Part shown: positions 51,385-60,145 of the stretch, one piece after another
How positions within the stretch are numbered: the stretch's first letter is position 1
Layout of the letters: each line of letters starts with the position of its first letter
Source: Thermoplasmata archaeon
Lineage (GTDB): Archaea > Thermoplasmatota > Thermoplasmata > Lutacidiplasmatales > UBA184
Direction: 5' to 3'
DNA: 64,000 bases
Assembly (NCBI GenBank): GCA_021817245.1
Contig: JAKAVQ010000010.1
Coordinates: 2,722 to 66,721 of the forward strand
Notes under the pieces: model-generated
The model's input: only the letters and a program-made list of their open reading frames with translations
Databases searched by the model: none
What the model was told of the DNA's origin: nothing
Made by a program: the position numbers and the translations under genes

Positions 51385-52011
51385 TCAGAGCTGGACCGCC
51401 CGACGCACGCAGTCGTCGATGATCCCGTCGACGTCGACCTTCTCCTCTTCGCGGAGAATCTGCAGCAGGTTCGAACGAGTCGCCGGCCGGTCGGGGACCG
51501 CCTGGCAACAGACCCCCGGGCGCGTCGAGATCCCGTAGGTGCCGATCTCCTTCGCCACGCGCTCGATCTCGTGCTTGTCGAACCCGATAAGCGGGCGGAC
51601 GATCGGCAGGCGTACGGCGGCGGTCGCCTGGCGCATGTTCGAGAGGGTCTGGGACGCGACCTGGCCGAGCGCCTCCCCGGTCGCGAGGAACGTGCCGTTC
51701 TCCCGCTCGGCGATCCGCTCGGCCGAGCGCCACATGAAGCGTCGACACAGCACGCACCCCACGTGCCGCTCGGTGTTCCGCATCAGGGTCACTTGAGTCG
51801 AGCCGTGCGGGACCACGTACAGCGGGATCGGCTGGCGGTAGCGCTCCCGCAGGACGGTGAGGTGATCGACGACTTTCTCAAGGGGGGTGTCGTCGGTGAA
51901 CGGTCGGTTGTCCATGTGGACGGCGAACAACTCGTGGCCCTGCCGAAGGAGGTAGTGGAGTGCGACGGGAGAGTCGATCCCGCCGCTCATCAGCATCACT
52001 CCCCGCGCCAT
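51385..52011 (-). CDS. ThiI-like PP-loop sulfurtransferase, catalytic domain only
   Basis: MSGGIDSPVA, CVLCRRFM, TGEALGQVASQTLSN, RPLIGFDKHEI, KEIGTY, CC. Starts at the PP-loop, with no THUMP domain. Confidence 0.85.
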   Translation of the reverse strand: MARGVMLMSGGIDSPVALHYLLRQGHELFAVHMDNRPFTDDTPLEKVVDHLTVLRERYRQPIPLYVVPHGSTQVTLMRNTERHVGCVLCRRFMWRSAERIAERENGTFLATGEALGQVASQTLSNMRQATAAVRLPIVRPLIGFDKHEIERVAKEIGTYGISTRPGVCCQAVPDRPATRSNLLQILREEEKVDVDGIIDDCVRRAVQL

Positions 52012-52257
52012 CAGGGGGGACGGAGCCGGCGGCCGGTATTAAGGTGTGTCTTCCGCCCTCCCCCGCGCCCCCGGAGCGGTCGGGTCGCGGGCGCCAGGCC
52101 TCCCCGTTGTCCCGCGCGCCGGGGCGGCGTCCGATACACCCCGCGCAGCACCTGCGAGCGTGCCTCCGCCCGGATCGGTCCGGGACCGGGGTCGCGAGCG
52201 CGACGCCCGCGAGATGTGCCGGACCCAAGGTAAATACCCGCGCGCGTCGTCCGGACG

Positions 52258-53067
52258 ATGGCCGAGGAAGCCGCTCCGCCGGTCGATCTCTTTGCCCGCG
52301 ACGAAGGCCACGGTCCCACGGTCGTTCTGTTGCACGGCATCGGCTCGAACCACACGGTCTGGAACGGCGTCCTGCCGCTCCTCGTCCCGGAGTTCCGCGT
52401 GGTCGCCCCCGACCTGCGCGGGCACGGACGCACCTCCGCTCCGCCCGGTTCGAGCTACACGTTCTCCGAGCTTGCCGAGGATGTCCGTCGGCTCCTCGAG
52501 GGCCGCAAGATCGATGCCGCCCACCTGGTCGGATTGAGCGGGGGCGCTCTCCTCGCGCTCCGCATCGCGCTCGACCGGCCCGAGCGACTGCGCAGCCTCA
52601 CGATGGTGAGCGGGGCCGCGTACACGGATGCCCACACCCGCTCGGTCTCCCAGCGGTGGACCGAAACGTACGCGAAGGAGGGCCGCGACCCGTTCGCACT
52701 TCGCCTGCTCAAGGACCTCTATTACCCCGACTGGATCGAGGCGCACCTCGACTTCGCCGACCAGCTGCGCGCCCAGGTGAAGCGCCAGGACTTCGGGCCG
52801 GCGGTCCGCTGGGCCCGCTCCATGGAGACGTTTGACGAGCGTCCGAGGATCGCCTCCCTCCGGTTGCCGACGCTGATCGTCCAGGCGATGGACGACGACG
52901 TGGTCGATGCCTCCCATGGTCGCATCCTGCGCCAGTCGATCGCCGGCGCGAAGATCCGGATCCTCGCCGAGACCGGCCACATGGTCCCCGTCGAGCGTCC
53001 GAAAGAGACCGCGGAGGCGATCGCCGCGTTCGTCCGTCAGGTGGAGTCCCCGTCCACTCCCGGTTAG
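52258..53067 (+). CDS. Alpha/beta hydrolase
   Basis: LLHGIG, DLRGHG, GLSGGA nucleophile elbow, ETGHM. Confidence 0.9.
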   Translation: MAEEAAPPVDLFARDEGHGPTVVLLHGIGSNHTVWNGVLPLLVPEFRVVAPDLRGHGRTSAPPGSSYTFSELAEDVRRLLEGRKIDAAHLVGLSGGALLALRIALDRPERLRSLTMVSGAAYTDAHTRSVSQRWTETYAKEGRDPFALRLLKDLYYPDWIEAHLDFADQLRAQVKRQDFGPAVRWARSMETFDERPRIASLRLPTLIVQAMDDDVVDASHGRILRQSIAGAKIRILAETGHMVPVERPKETAEAIAAFVRQVESPSTPG

Positions 53068-53121
53068 CTAACGGGCGGCCGGCCGCCCGGTTTATCTGTC
53101 GGTCGGAGTATTCGTCCGTCG

Positions 53122-53295
53122 ATGGCCGAGGACCCGGCGACGTCCCTCGAGGCCCGGCTGGAAGCCCTGGACCGTGAGCTCCGGGAGCTGCGGGCGCGGG
53201 TCCTCGCGCTCGAGCGACTGATGGGCAGCGGCGGGGAACACCCGTCGGACCAGACCACCGTGCGGCAGAAGGTCGCCTACGACTGGCAGGCGTGA
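53122..53295 (+). CDS. 57-aa small protein with coiled-coil N-terminus
   Basis: Manual translation MAEDPATSLEARLEALDRELRELRARVLALERLMGSGGEHPSDQTTVRQKVAYDWQA*. Stop overlaps the Nudix start (GTGA); TTTATC lies about 30 nt upstream. Confidence 0.7.
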   Translation: MAEDPATSLEARLEALDRELRELRARVLALERLMGSGGEHPSDQTTVRQKVAYDWQA

Positions 53296-53936
53296 ACGTG
53301 GCCGACCCGTTGCACCTCGAGCCCGGGGCCGCACCACGGGAACTGGACGCCCTGCTCGACCGCTTTCCCGCCGTTCGGCCCCCGGCCTCGATCGCCGGTG
53401 CGGCGGTCACGATCGTGCTCCGGGACGACCGCAATGAGGTCGAGACGTTGCTCATCGAGCGCGCGTCGAACCCCCGGGACCCTGCGTCGGGGCACGTCGC
53501 GTTCCCCGGCGGAGGTGTCGAGGAGAGCGACCGTTCGCTCGCTACGACCGCCCTCCGCGAGCTCGAAGAGGAGGTCGGTCTGGGGCCGGACGACCTCGCG
53601 GGGCCACCGCGGTTCGTGGGCACGCTCTACGCGGCCCGGTTCCGCCTCGAGGTCGGAGTCTTCGCGGCGCGCCTCGGATCCGGCGCGCGTCCCCCGACCG
53701 CCCGGAGCCCGGACGAGGTCGCCCAAGTCTTCTGGCTCCCTCGGTCGGCGCTCGCCTCTACGCGCGAGGTCCCCCGGGAGACCGGGCTCGGGCCGGCCAC
53801 CGTCCGAGCGACCGTTTTCGACGGCCACGTCCTCTGGGGGTTCACCCGCCGCGTCCTGCGCCGGTTCTTCGAGCTTCCGGCGGAGGAAGAGTGGATCGGG
53901 TCCGGGCTCGACGGTTACCGGTCCGGCCTGTCGTAA
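53292..53936 (+). CDS. Nudix hydrolase, CoA pyrophosphatase-like
   Basis: LLIERA..DPASGHVAFPGG..ATTALRELEEEVG, VLWGFT. Confidence 0.9.
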   Translation: MNVADPLHLEPGAAPRELDALLDRFPAVRPPASIAGAAVTIVLRDDRNEVETLLIERASNPRDPASGHVAFPGGGVEESDRSLATTALRELEEEVGLGPDDLAGPPRFVGTLYAARFRLEVGVFAARLGSGARPPTARSPDEVAQVFWLPRSALASTREVPRETGLGPATVRATVFDGHVLWGFTRRVLRRFFELPAEEEWIGSGLDGYRSGLS

Positions 53937-54010
53937 TCGCAAGCCTTCGACGGCGGTCGCCGCCCCGTTCGGCTTCGGGGCCGGAGGGCGCGCGGACGGT
54001 CGCACGATGG

Positions 54011-54030
54011 TTTAAATACCTCCTTAAATA
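54011..54030 (+). promoter_or_regulatory. Tandem TATA-like boxes upstream of tbp
   Basis: TTTAAATA (54011-54018) and CTTAAATA (54023-54030) in GC-rich surroundings, 22-41 nt before the start. Confidence 0.65.
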
Positions 54031-54051
54031 GTTCGGCGGCGAGGGATTACC

Positions 54052-54600
54052 TTGGTCAAGATCCGCATCGAGAACGTCGTCGCGTCGACCTCGCTCGGGG
54101 ATGAACTCGACCTCCAGTCGATCGCGCTCGGCCTCGACGGGGCCGAGTACGAGCCCGAGCAGTTCCCGGGGCTCATCTACCGACTCAAGCAGCCGAAGAC
54201 CGCGATCCTCCTCTTCCGGTCGGGCAAGGTCGTCTGCACCGGCGCGAAGAGCATGCACGAGGTCGAGGAATCGATCCGCACGGTCGCCGGCCAGATCAAG
54301 AAGGGCGGCCAGAAGATCAACATGCACCCGAAGATCGAGGTGCAGAACATCGTCGCGAGCTCGGACCTCGAGAGCGAGATCAACCTCAATGCGATCGCGG
54401 TCACTCTGGGACTCGACCGGGTCGAATACGAGCCCGAGCAGTTCCCCGGCCTCGTCTGCCGTATCGACGAGCCCCGGGTCGTGGTCCTCCTCTTCGGGAG
54501 CGGCAAGCTCGTATGCACGGGCGCGCGCAAGCCGTCCGACGTCGAGGTCGCGGTCAAGAAGATCACGAAGGAGCTCCAGGGCGCGGGCCTCCTTCGCTAG
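54052..54600 (+). CDS. tbp: TATA-box-binding protein
   Basis: Two direct repeats: IENVVAS..YEPEQFPGLIYR..LLFRSGKVVCTGAK and VQNIVAS..YEPEQFPGLV..LLFGSGKLVCTGAR. Confidence 0.97.
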   Translation: MVKIRIENVVASTSLGDELDLQSIALGLDGAEYEPEQFPGLIYRLKQPKTAILLFRSGKVVCTGAKSMHEVEESIRTVAGQIKKGGQKINMHPKIEVQNIVASSDLESEINLNAIAVTLGLDRVEYEPEQFPGLVCRIDEPRVVVLLFGSGKLVCTGARKPSDVEVAVKKITKELQGAGLLR

Positions 54601-54622
54601 CGCGCGTCCGCGAGCTCGCGGC

Positions 54623-55498
54623 GTGGCGCTTCCTCCCGGCCTGCCGGTCGTCGACCACCACTGCCACCTGTCGCCGTCCGGAGAAGGGGTCGAGGCGGCC
54701 CGCCGGTTCCGCGCGGCGGGAGGGACCCACCTCTTCCTCGCGACCCAGAACTACTCCGGGAAGGTTCCGAGGTCCCTCGGGGAGTACCGGGACCAGTTCG
54801 AGACCACCGAGGCGCTGGCGCGGCGCGTGGCCGAGGGCGCCCGGGTGGTCGTGTATCCCGTCGTCGCCCCGTACCCGGTCGACCTCGTCGGCGCGGCGGA
54901 GTCGCTCGGCATCGGTCCGGCCCTCGAGCTCCACCGCTCGGCGATCGACCTCGCCGGCGAGTGGGTGCGCGAGCGTCGCGCCGTGGCGCTCGGCGAGGTC
55001 GGCCGGCCGCACTTCGCGGTGCCGCCCGATATTGCCGACGCGGCGACGCAGGCGTTCCGCCACGCCCTCGAGGTCGCGCGGGAGTCCCACTGCCCGGTCG
55101 TCGTGCACTCCGCCGACCTCGACGCCGGCGGCTACCTCGATCTCGCCACGGCGGCCGCGAGGGCCGGCGTCGACGCGCGACGGGTGGTGAAGCATTATGC
55201 ACGCCACCGCATCGCGCCCGCCGAGCGGGCCTCCGTGACGCCTTCGTTCCTGGCGCGCCGCGACCTCGTCCGAGAAGTTCTCCACGACCCGGCCCCCTGG
55301 TTCCTCGAGACCGACTTCCTCGACGATCCGAGCCGCCCGGGCGCCGTCCTCGACCTGGCGACCGTCCCGCGACGCGCGAACCAGATCGCGTCGAGCGTGC
55401 CGGGCGATATCGACCGTCTCTACGTGCCGTTCGTCGAGGCCGTCGAGCAGGTCTACGGCTTCCGGCCCGAGGCCCCGGCTCGAGAGGGGAGCCCGTGA
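54623..55498 (+). CDS. TatD-related metal-dependent hydrolase
   Basis: DHHCHL, ALGEVGRPHF, VVVHS, VVKHYA, ETDFLDDPSRPGAVL. Confidence 0.88.
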   Translation: MALPPGLPVVDHHCHLSPSGEGVEAARRFRAAGGTHLFLATQNYSGKVPRSLGEYRDQFETTEALARRVAEGARVVVYPVVAPYPVDLVGAAESLGIGPALELHRSAIDLAGEWVRERRAVALGEVGRPHFAVPPDIADAATQAFRHALEVARESHCPVVVHSADLDAGGYLDLATAAARAGVDARRVVKHYARHRIAPAERASVTPSFLARRDLVREVLHDPAPWFLETDFLDDPSRPGAVLDLATVPRRANQIASSVPGDIDRLYVPFVEAVEQVYGFRPEAPAREGSP

Positions 55499-56133
55499 GC
55501 GCGCGCCGGCGGAGCCCCGGACTCCTTGTCGCCATCGAGGGGGTCGACGGGACCGGCAAGTCGACGCTCGTGAACGCTCTGGCCCGAGCCTTGCGCCGGC
55601 GGGGATGGTCGGTGGCCACCCGCCGCGAACCCGCCGACTCGAACCTGGGCGCGCTCGCCCAACGCGTCGGCCGGGACGATCCGTGGAGCGGGGCGGTCTA
55701 CTTTACCCTCGACCGGCACCTCGCCCGGCCCTCGCTCGAGCACGACCTCGCCCGTCACGACCTCGTTCTGAGCGACCGCTCGTTCTACTCGACCCTCGCC
55801 TACCAGGGGAGCGAACTGTCCGTGCCGCAGCGACGCCGCCTCGCCGCGCTCCAGAGGTCGGCGACGTGCGCGCCCGACCGTGTGATCCTTCTCGACCTCG
55901 CCGCGTCCGCGGCCCTCGAGCGCGTCCGGGGACGTCGGCGGGTCCGTGGCCCGCTCGAGGAGCTCCGGACCCTCGAGCGCGTTGCCCGAGCGTACCGGGC
56001 GCTCGCCCGGACGCATCACTGGATCGTGCTCGACGCCCGCGCCCCCGCCTCCGGTCTCGTTCGCGAAGCGCTCGGCCGGCTCGAGCTCCCGCCGTCGTCG
56101 CGGGGCCGGGGTCGACGTCGGCCGCGAGCGTGA
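55495..56133 (+). CDS. tmk: Thymidylate kinase
   Basis: AIEGVDGTGKST, REP, SDRSFYSTLAYQG, PDRVILLD. Confidence 0.92.
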   Translation: MSARRRSPGLLVAIEGVDGTGKSTLVNALARALRRRGWSVATRREPADSNLGALAQRVGRDDPWSGAVYFTLDRHLARPSLEHDLARHDLVLSDRSFYSTLAYQGSELSVPQRRRLAALQRSATCAPDRVILLDLAASAALERVRGRRRVRGPLEELRTLERVARAYRALARTHHWIVLDARAPASGLVREALGRLELPPSSRGRGRRRPRA

Positions 56134-56134
56134 T

Positions 56135-57322
56135 ATGGGCCATCGGGGTCCCGCCGTGCGTCCGGAGGGCCCCGTGAACCGCATCCTCGTCAAGGAAGAG
56201 ACGCTCGACGCGTCGTACCTTCCGGGCCGGCTCGTTCGACGCGAGAAGGAGCTCGACCTCACGTCGCGACGCTTTCGCGAGGCGCTCGGGAAGGGGCTCC
56301 CGTACCACCTCCTCCTGACGGGAGGCGTCGGGAGCGGCAAGACCGCGCTCGCCCGACGCCTCGGCCAGGACCTCGAGCGCGGCGGCCGCCTCGGCGGGTT
56401 CCCGGTGAAGACGGCGTACGTGAACTGCTGGCGGCGCGCCAGCGACCGGACGGTGATGCTCGACCTTTTGCGGAGCGTTCACGTCTCACTTCCCGACCGG
56501 GGGTACAGCTTGAGCGAGATGCTCGACGTCTTCGAGCAGGGGATCCGCCGAAACCCCCAGCACCTCGTCATCGAGCTCGACGAGGCGTCGAGCCTGGTCC
56601 GCCAGGAGACAAAGCTCGTCTACCTTCTCTCTCGGGCGCAGGAGGTCGGGCTCGGCTCGATCTCGCTTCTCCTGATCGCGGTCGAAGACCTGTTTCCGTT
56701 CCTCGACCCCGCGAGCCGGTCGAGCTTTGGCGTAACGCACCGGCTGTCGCTCGCCCCGTACGACCGGGCGGCGCTCGCGGAGATCCTCGCCTCGCGCGCC
56801 GAGCTCGCCTTGCGACCGGGCAGCTTCGACCGTGACGTCCTCGACCAGATCGCTCGGATCGCCGAGGCGAACGGCGACGCTCGCTTCGCGCTCGAGCTCC
56901 TCGCGGGCGCCGCGCACGCGGCGGAGGACGACGGGGACAACGCGATCGCGTCCGAGCACGTGCGGCGCGCCAAAGGCTCGCTCCTGCCGACCGTTTCCGA
57001 AACGCAGCTCGACTCGCTCTCGACGAACGAACTCGGCGTCCTCCTTTCGCTCTCCCGCACGCTGAAGGGCCGGGGCAGCTCGACCACGAGCCAGAAACTG
57101 AGGGCGAACCACACGACGCTCCTCGAGGAGCTCCGGGCTCCGGCGATGAGCCGCACGACCTTCTGGAGGACGCTCAAGGAGCTCGAGCGGGACGGCCTCG
57201 TCTCGCTCGAAGCGGGTGAAACCGGGGAGTCGAGCAAGGTCGCCATGGACGAGCTGCCGGCGAGCTACCTCACGACCCTGCTCGAGGAGCGCCTGGGACG
57301 AGGCCGGGCGAGTAAACGCTAA
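56135..57322 (+). CDS. cdc6: Orc1/Cdc6 family AAA+ ATPase
   Basis: LDASYLPGRLVRREKE, GGVGSGKT, YVNCW, IELDEA, PYDRAALAEILASR, GDARFALELL, C-terminal winged helix. Confidence 0.88.
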   Translation: MGHRGPAVRPEGPVNRILVKEETLDASYLPGRLVRREKELDLTSRRFREALGKGLPYHLLLTGGVGSGKTALARRLGQDLERGGRLGGFPVKTAYVNCWRRASDRTVMLDLLRSVHVSLPDRGYSLSEMLDVFEQGIRRNPQHLVIELDEASSLVRQETKLVYLLSRAQEVGLGSISLLLIAVEDLFPFLDPASRSSFGVTHRLSLAPYDRAALAEILASRAELALRPGSFDRDVLDQIARIAEANGDARFALELLAGAAHAAEDDGDNAIASEHVRRAKGSLLPTVSETQLDSLSTNELGVLLSLSRTLKGRGSSTTSQKLRANHTTLLEELRAPAMSRTTFWRTLKELERDGLVSLEAGETGESSKVAMDELPASYLTTLLEERLGRGRASKR

Positions 57323-57346
57323 ACCGCCGACCCCCGTCCGCCGGGC

Positions 57347-58255
57347 GTGGCGACTTCGGTGGCTCCCGCCGGGGAGCTCGAACGGCTCCCGCCGTGGATA
57401 CGCGTCCGCCCGCCCCGGGGGGCCGCGTATCCCGAGGTGCGGGGCCTGCTCGACGAGCTTGCGCTGGGGACCGTCTGCCGGGAGGCGCGGTGCCCGAATC
57501 TCCCCGAATGCTGGTCCGCGGGCGCGGCGACCCTTATGCTCCTCGGAACGGACTGCACGCGTCGCTGCGGGTTCTGCGCCGTTTCGACCCGCTGGCCGAA
57601 GGGCGTGGTGGACGGGACCGAACCCGCCCGGGTCGCCGAGGCCGTACGACGCTGGGGCCTGCGGTACGTGGTCCTCACCCAGGTGTGCCGGGACGACCTC
57701 GAGGACGGCGGCGCGGGGCTCCTCGCCGAGACGGTCCGGCGGATCCGCGTCGCGTCCCCCGGGACGCGGGTGGAGCTTCTGATCGGCGACCTCGGTGGAC
57801 GCCCGGAGCCGCTCGAGACCCTCTGGTCGAGCCCGCCGGACGTCCTCGCGCACAACCTCGAGACCACGCGCGAGCTCTCGGGCCGCGTCCGCGACCGGCG
57901 CGCGGGGTACGACCGGTCGCTCGGCGTGCTCGCGGCGGCCCGTCGCACCGGCCCCTCGCACTTGGTCGTCAAGAGCTCGGTCATGCTCGGACTCGGCGAG
58001 ACCGAAGAGGGGCTGCGCGCCGCCTTCGAGGACCTGCGGCGCGCCGGCGTCGACCTCCTCACGCTCGGCCAGTACTTGCGGCCCGGGCCCGGCCACGTTC
58101 CGGTCGCCCGGTACGTACCTCCCGAGGAGTTCGAACGGTGGAAGGCGGCCGCGCTCGCCCTCGGCTTCGAGGGCGTCGAGGCGGGACCCCTCGTGCGGAG
58201 CTCCTACCGGGCCGAGGAGCTCTACCGTCGGGCGCGAGTCGCCCGGGGAGGCTAG
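57347..58255 (+). CDS. lipA: Lipoyl synthase
   Basis: CREARCPNLPEC (CX4CX5C), CTRRCGFC, AHNLET, TLGQYLRP, GPLVRSSY. Confidence 0.95.
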   Translation: MATSVAPAGELERLPPWIRVRPPRGAAYPEVRGLLDELALGTVCREARCPNLPECWSAGAATLMLLGTDCTRRCGFCAVSTRWPKGVVDGTEPARVAEAVRRWGLRYVVLTQVCRDDLEDGGAGLLAETVRRIRVASPGTRVELLIGDLGGRPEPLETLWSSPPDVLAHNLETTRELSGRVRDRRAGYDRSLGVLAAARRTGPSHLVVKSSVMLGLGETEEGLRAAFEDLRRAGVDLLTLGQYLRPGPGHVPVARYVPPEEFERWKAAALALGFEGVEAGPLVRSSYRAEELYRRARVARGG

Positions 58256-58258
58256 CCC

Positions 58259-58624
58259 GTGGCGAAGAAGGTCCGGCGCAAGCTCGAGGAGGAAGAGGCC
58301 GCCGCGTTCGAGTTCCCGGTGTTCGACGAGGTCGCCTTCGTCTCGAAGGAGTTCGAGCTGATGGGCGCCTACCTCGTGGCGGTCGCGATCGCGGTCCTCC
58401 TCGGGGTCTTCGCGTGGGCGGCGACGGTCGCCGCGGGGCTCTCCTGGTTCCCGTTCCCGATCGGGATCGCGGTCATCGCGCTCAGCCCGTACCTCATCCG
58501 CCGCCTGCGCACGAGCGCCCTCACCTACACGAAGGGCGACTGGGCCGGGCTCATCATGCTCGAGTTCTTCGGATTCCTCGCGCTCTGGTTCGTGCTCCTC
58601 GACATCTCGCCGCACGCGATCTAG
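58259..58624 (+). CDS. Small membrane protein (3 TM), hypothetical
   Basis: FEFPVFDEVAFVSKE followed by three hydrophobic helices. Confidence 0.75.
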   Translation: MAKKVRRKLEEEEAAAFEFPVFDEVAFVSKEFELMGAYLVAVAIAVLLGVFAWAATVAAGLSWFPFPIGIAVIALSPYLIRRLRTSALTYTKGDWAGLIMLEFFGFLALWFVLLDISPHAI

Positions 58625-60039
58625 CGCGGCGGAAGCCAGGGAAGCCGCTTGTCGAACAGTTCGCCGAGCGCCTCGGCGAGCGACGGGAGGTCCTCCGTGT
58701 CGCCGAGCGCGCGCACTTCGATGCGGGAGGGGTCGCGCGGCGTCAGGTCCTTTCCGAGCGCGAGACGCGGACGCGCGGCCTCCACTACCGACTCGACCGA
58801 GCGCTCCTTGCGCGCGGTCTCGACGCCGAAGCTCCCGTCCTCGCGCACGTACGGCCCCTGAAGCACCCGCGCTCCGGCTCCGGCCCACTTCGCGAGGAAG
58901 TCGCCGGCGCGGTCGATCCCCGGCGGCGGGCCGGACCGCAGCTGCACGGCCGGGCGGTCGGCGTGCGCCACCTCGAGGACCACGTGGACGCGCTCGGCGT
59001 CGAGCGCGGTCGTCACACCGAGTACGACGAACTCCGCCCGCGCGAGCGTCTCCGCGACCGCTCGCGCCGCCTTGCGGACCTGCGGGTAGAGGGTGTCGTC
59101 CACGACCTCGGCCGGACGGGGCAGCGACACGACCGTGACGTGGGTGCCGCGCTCGGCGAGGTGGCGAAGGGCCTCGGCGCGCGAATGCATCGACGGCCGG
59201 CGGACGTCGAACCACGACTCCGCGGGGCGGTCGAGGTACGCGGCTGCCGCCGCGATGACGAGCCCCAGGTTGCGGCGCGAGAGGGCGGTCGCGACGTTGC
59301 GGTTCGGGTCGACCGGATCGGCGAGGACGAGCGCGACGTCCTCCGGGAGGCGAGGGGGCTCGCGGCCGGGCTCCGCGAGCCGGACGGGGACCGGCCAGTG
59401 GCGAGCCGCGGCGAGCAGCCGACGCAACGACCCGAACCGGAGCACGAGCAGCTCCACGAGGTATCCCGAGAACCCCTCGGTCCGAGCCTCGGAACCGTAG
59501 ACGCCGAGGTGGTCGAGGAACCGCTTCGTGAGGCGGACCTCCCGGACGACCTCGGGGGTCTCCCGCGCGGCGAGCCACGCTTGGTGGAACGGGGTCCGGT
59601 CGACGGCCGAGAGCGGACGGGACGGGTCGGTGACGGCGAACCCGGGCACGGCATCGACCCGGAACCCTTCGAACGTCCCGCGCAGGTACGGGTGCTCGGC
59701 GTACCGCGTCTCGGGGTCGGCGAGCACCGCTCGTCCGAGGGCGAGGCCCTCCTCGCGCAGCCGCTCCCGCGGAAGGTCGGACGGGAACAGGAGGAAGAGG
59801 TCGACGTCGAGCCGGTCGGCCAGGAACGTACCGCGCGCGGCACTCCCCGCCACGAGCGCGCGAACGAGCGGACTCGAACGCGCCCTCGCCGCCTCCTCGA
59901 CTCGCCGGACGAGCTCGGTCCGAACCTCGGCGACCCGTTCGAGGAGCGCGGGCGACGGCGCGAGCCGCCTCGCCGCGGCCGCTTCCACGCGGTCTGCCTC
60001 GGCCGCCGTGTCGACGGACGGGTCCGCCCGGGACGTCAT
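58621..60039 (-). CDS. cca: Class I CCA tRNA nucleotidyltransferase
   Basis: GSAARGTFL..DVDLF, YAEHPY, VDAVP, SAVDRTPFH, VYGSE..GFSGYLVELL, DPVDPNRNVA. Confidence 0.94.
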   Translation of the reverse strand: MTSRADPSVDTAAEADRVEAAAARRLAPSPALLERVAEVRTELVRRVEEAARARSSPLVRALVAGSAARGTFLADRLDVDLFLLFPSDLPRERLREEGLALGRAVLADPETRYAEHPYLRGTFEGFRVDAVPGFAVTDPSRPLSAVDRTPFHQAWLAARETPEVVREVRLTKRFLDHLGVYGSEARTEGFSGYLVELLVLRFGSLRRLLAAARHWPVPVRLAEPGREPPRLPEDVALVLADPVDPNRNVATALSRRNLGLVIAAAAAYLDRPAESWFDVRRPSMHSRAEALRHLAERGTHVTVVSLPRPAEVVDDTLYPQVRKAARAVAETLARAEFVVLGVTTALDAERVHVVLEVAHADRPAVQLRSGPPPGIDRAGDFLAKWAGAGARVLQGPYVREDGSFGVETARKERSVESVVEAARPRLALGKDLTPRDPSRIEVRALGDTEDLPSLAEALGELFDKRLPWLPPR

Positions 60040-60145
60040 CGATACGGGCCGGACGGTTCGAAAGAGATGAACCTTCGCGTCGAACCCGTGGGCGGCCCGG
60101 GCACTGTTATCGGGGTCGGCGCCGTCTCGGCGGTCGGAGGCCACG

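Noticed and set aside
45643-52233. Very long ORFs (1068 aa, 1111 aa) on the plus strand
   Set aside because: Arg/Gly/Pro-rich shadow frames, antisense to or out of frame with well-supported genes; expected at high GC. The same applies to 56486..59578, 57394..60198 and similar ORFs.
54052-54600. DNA direct repeat (TACGAGCCCGAGCAGTTCCC twice)
   Set aside because: It reflects the internal two-fold repeat of TBP, not a CRISPR or mobile repeat.
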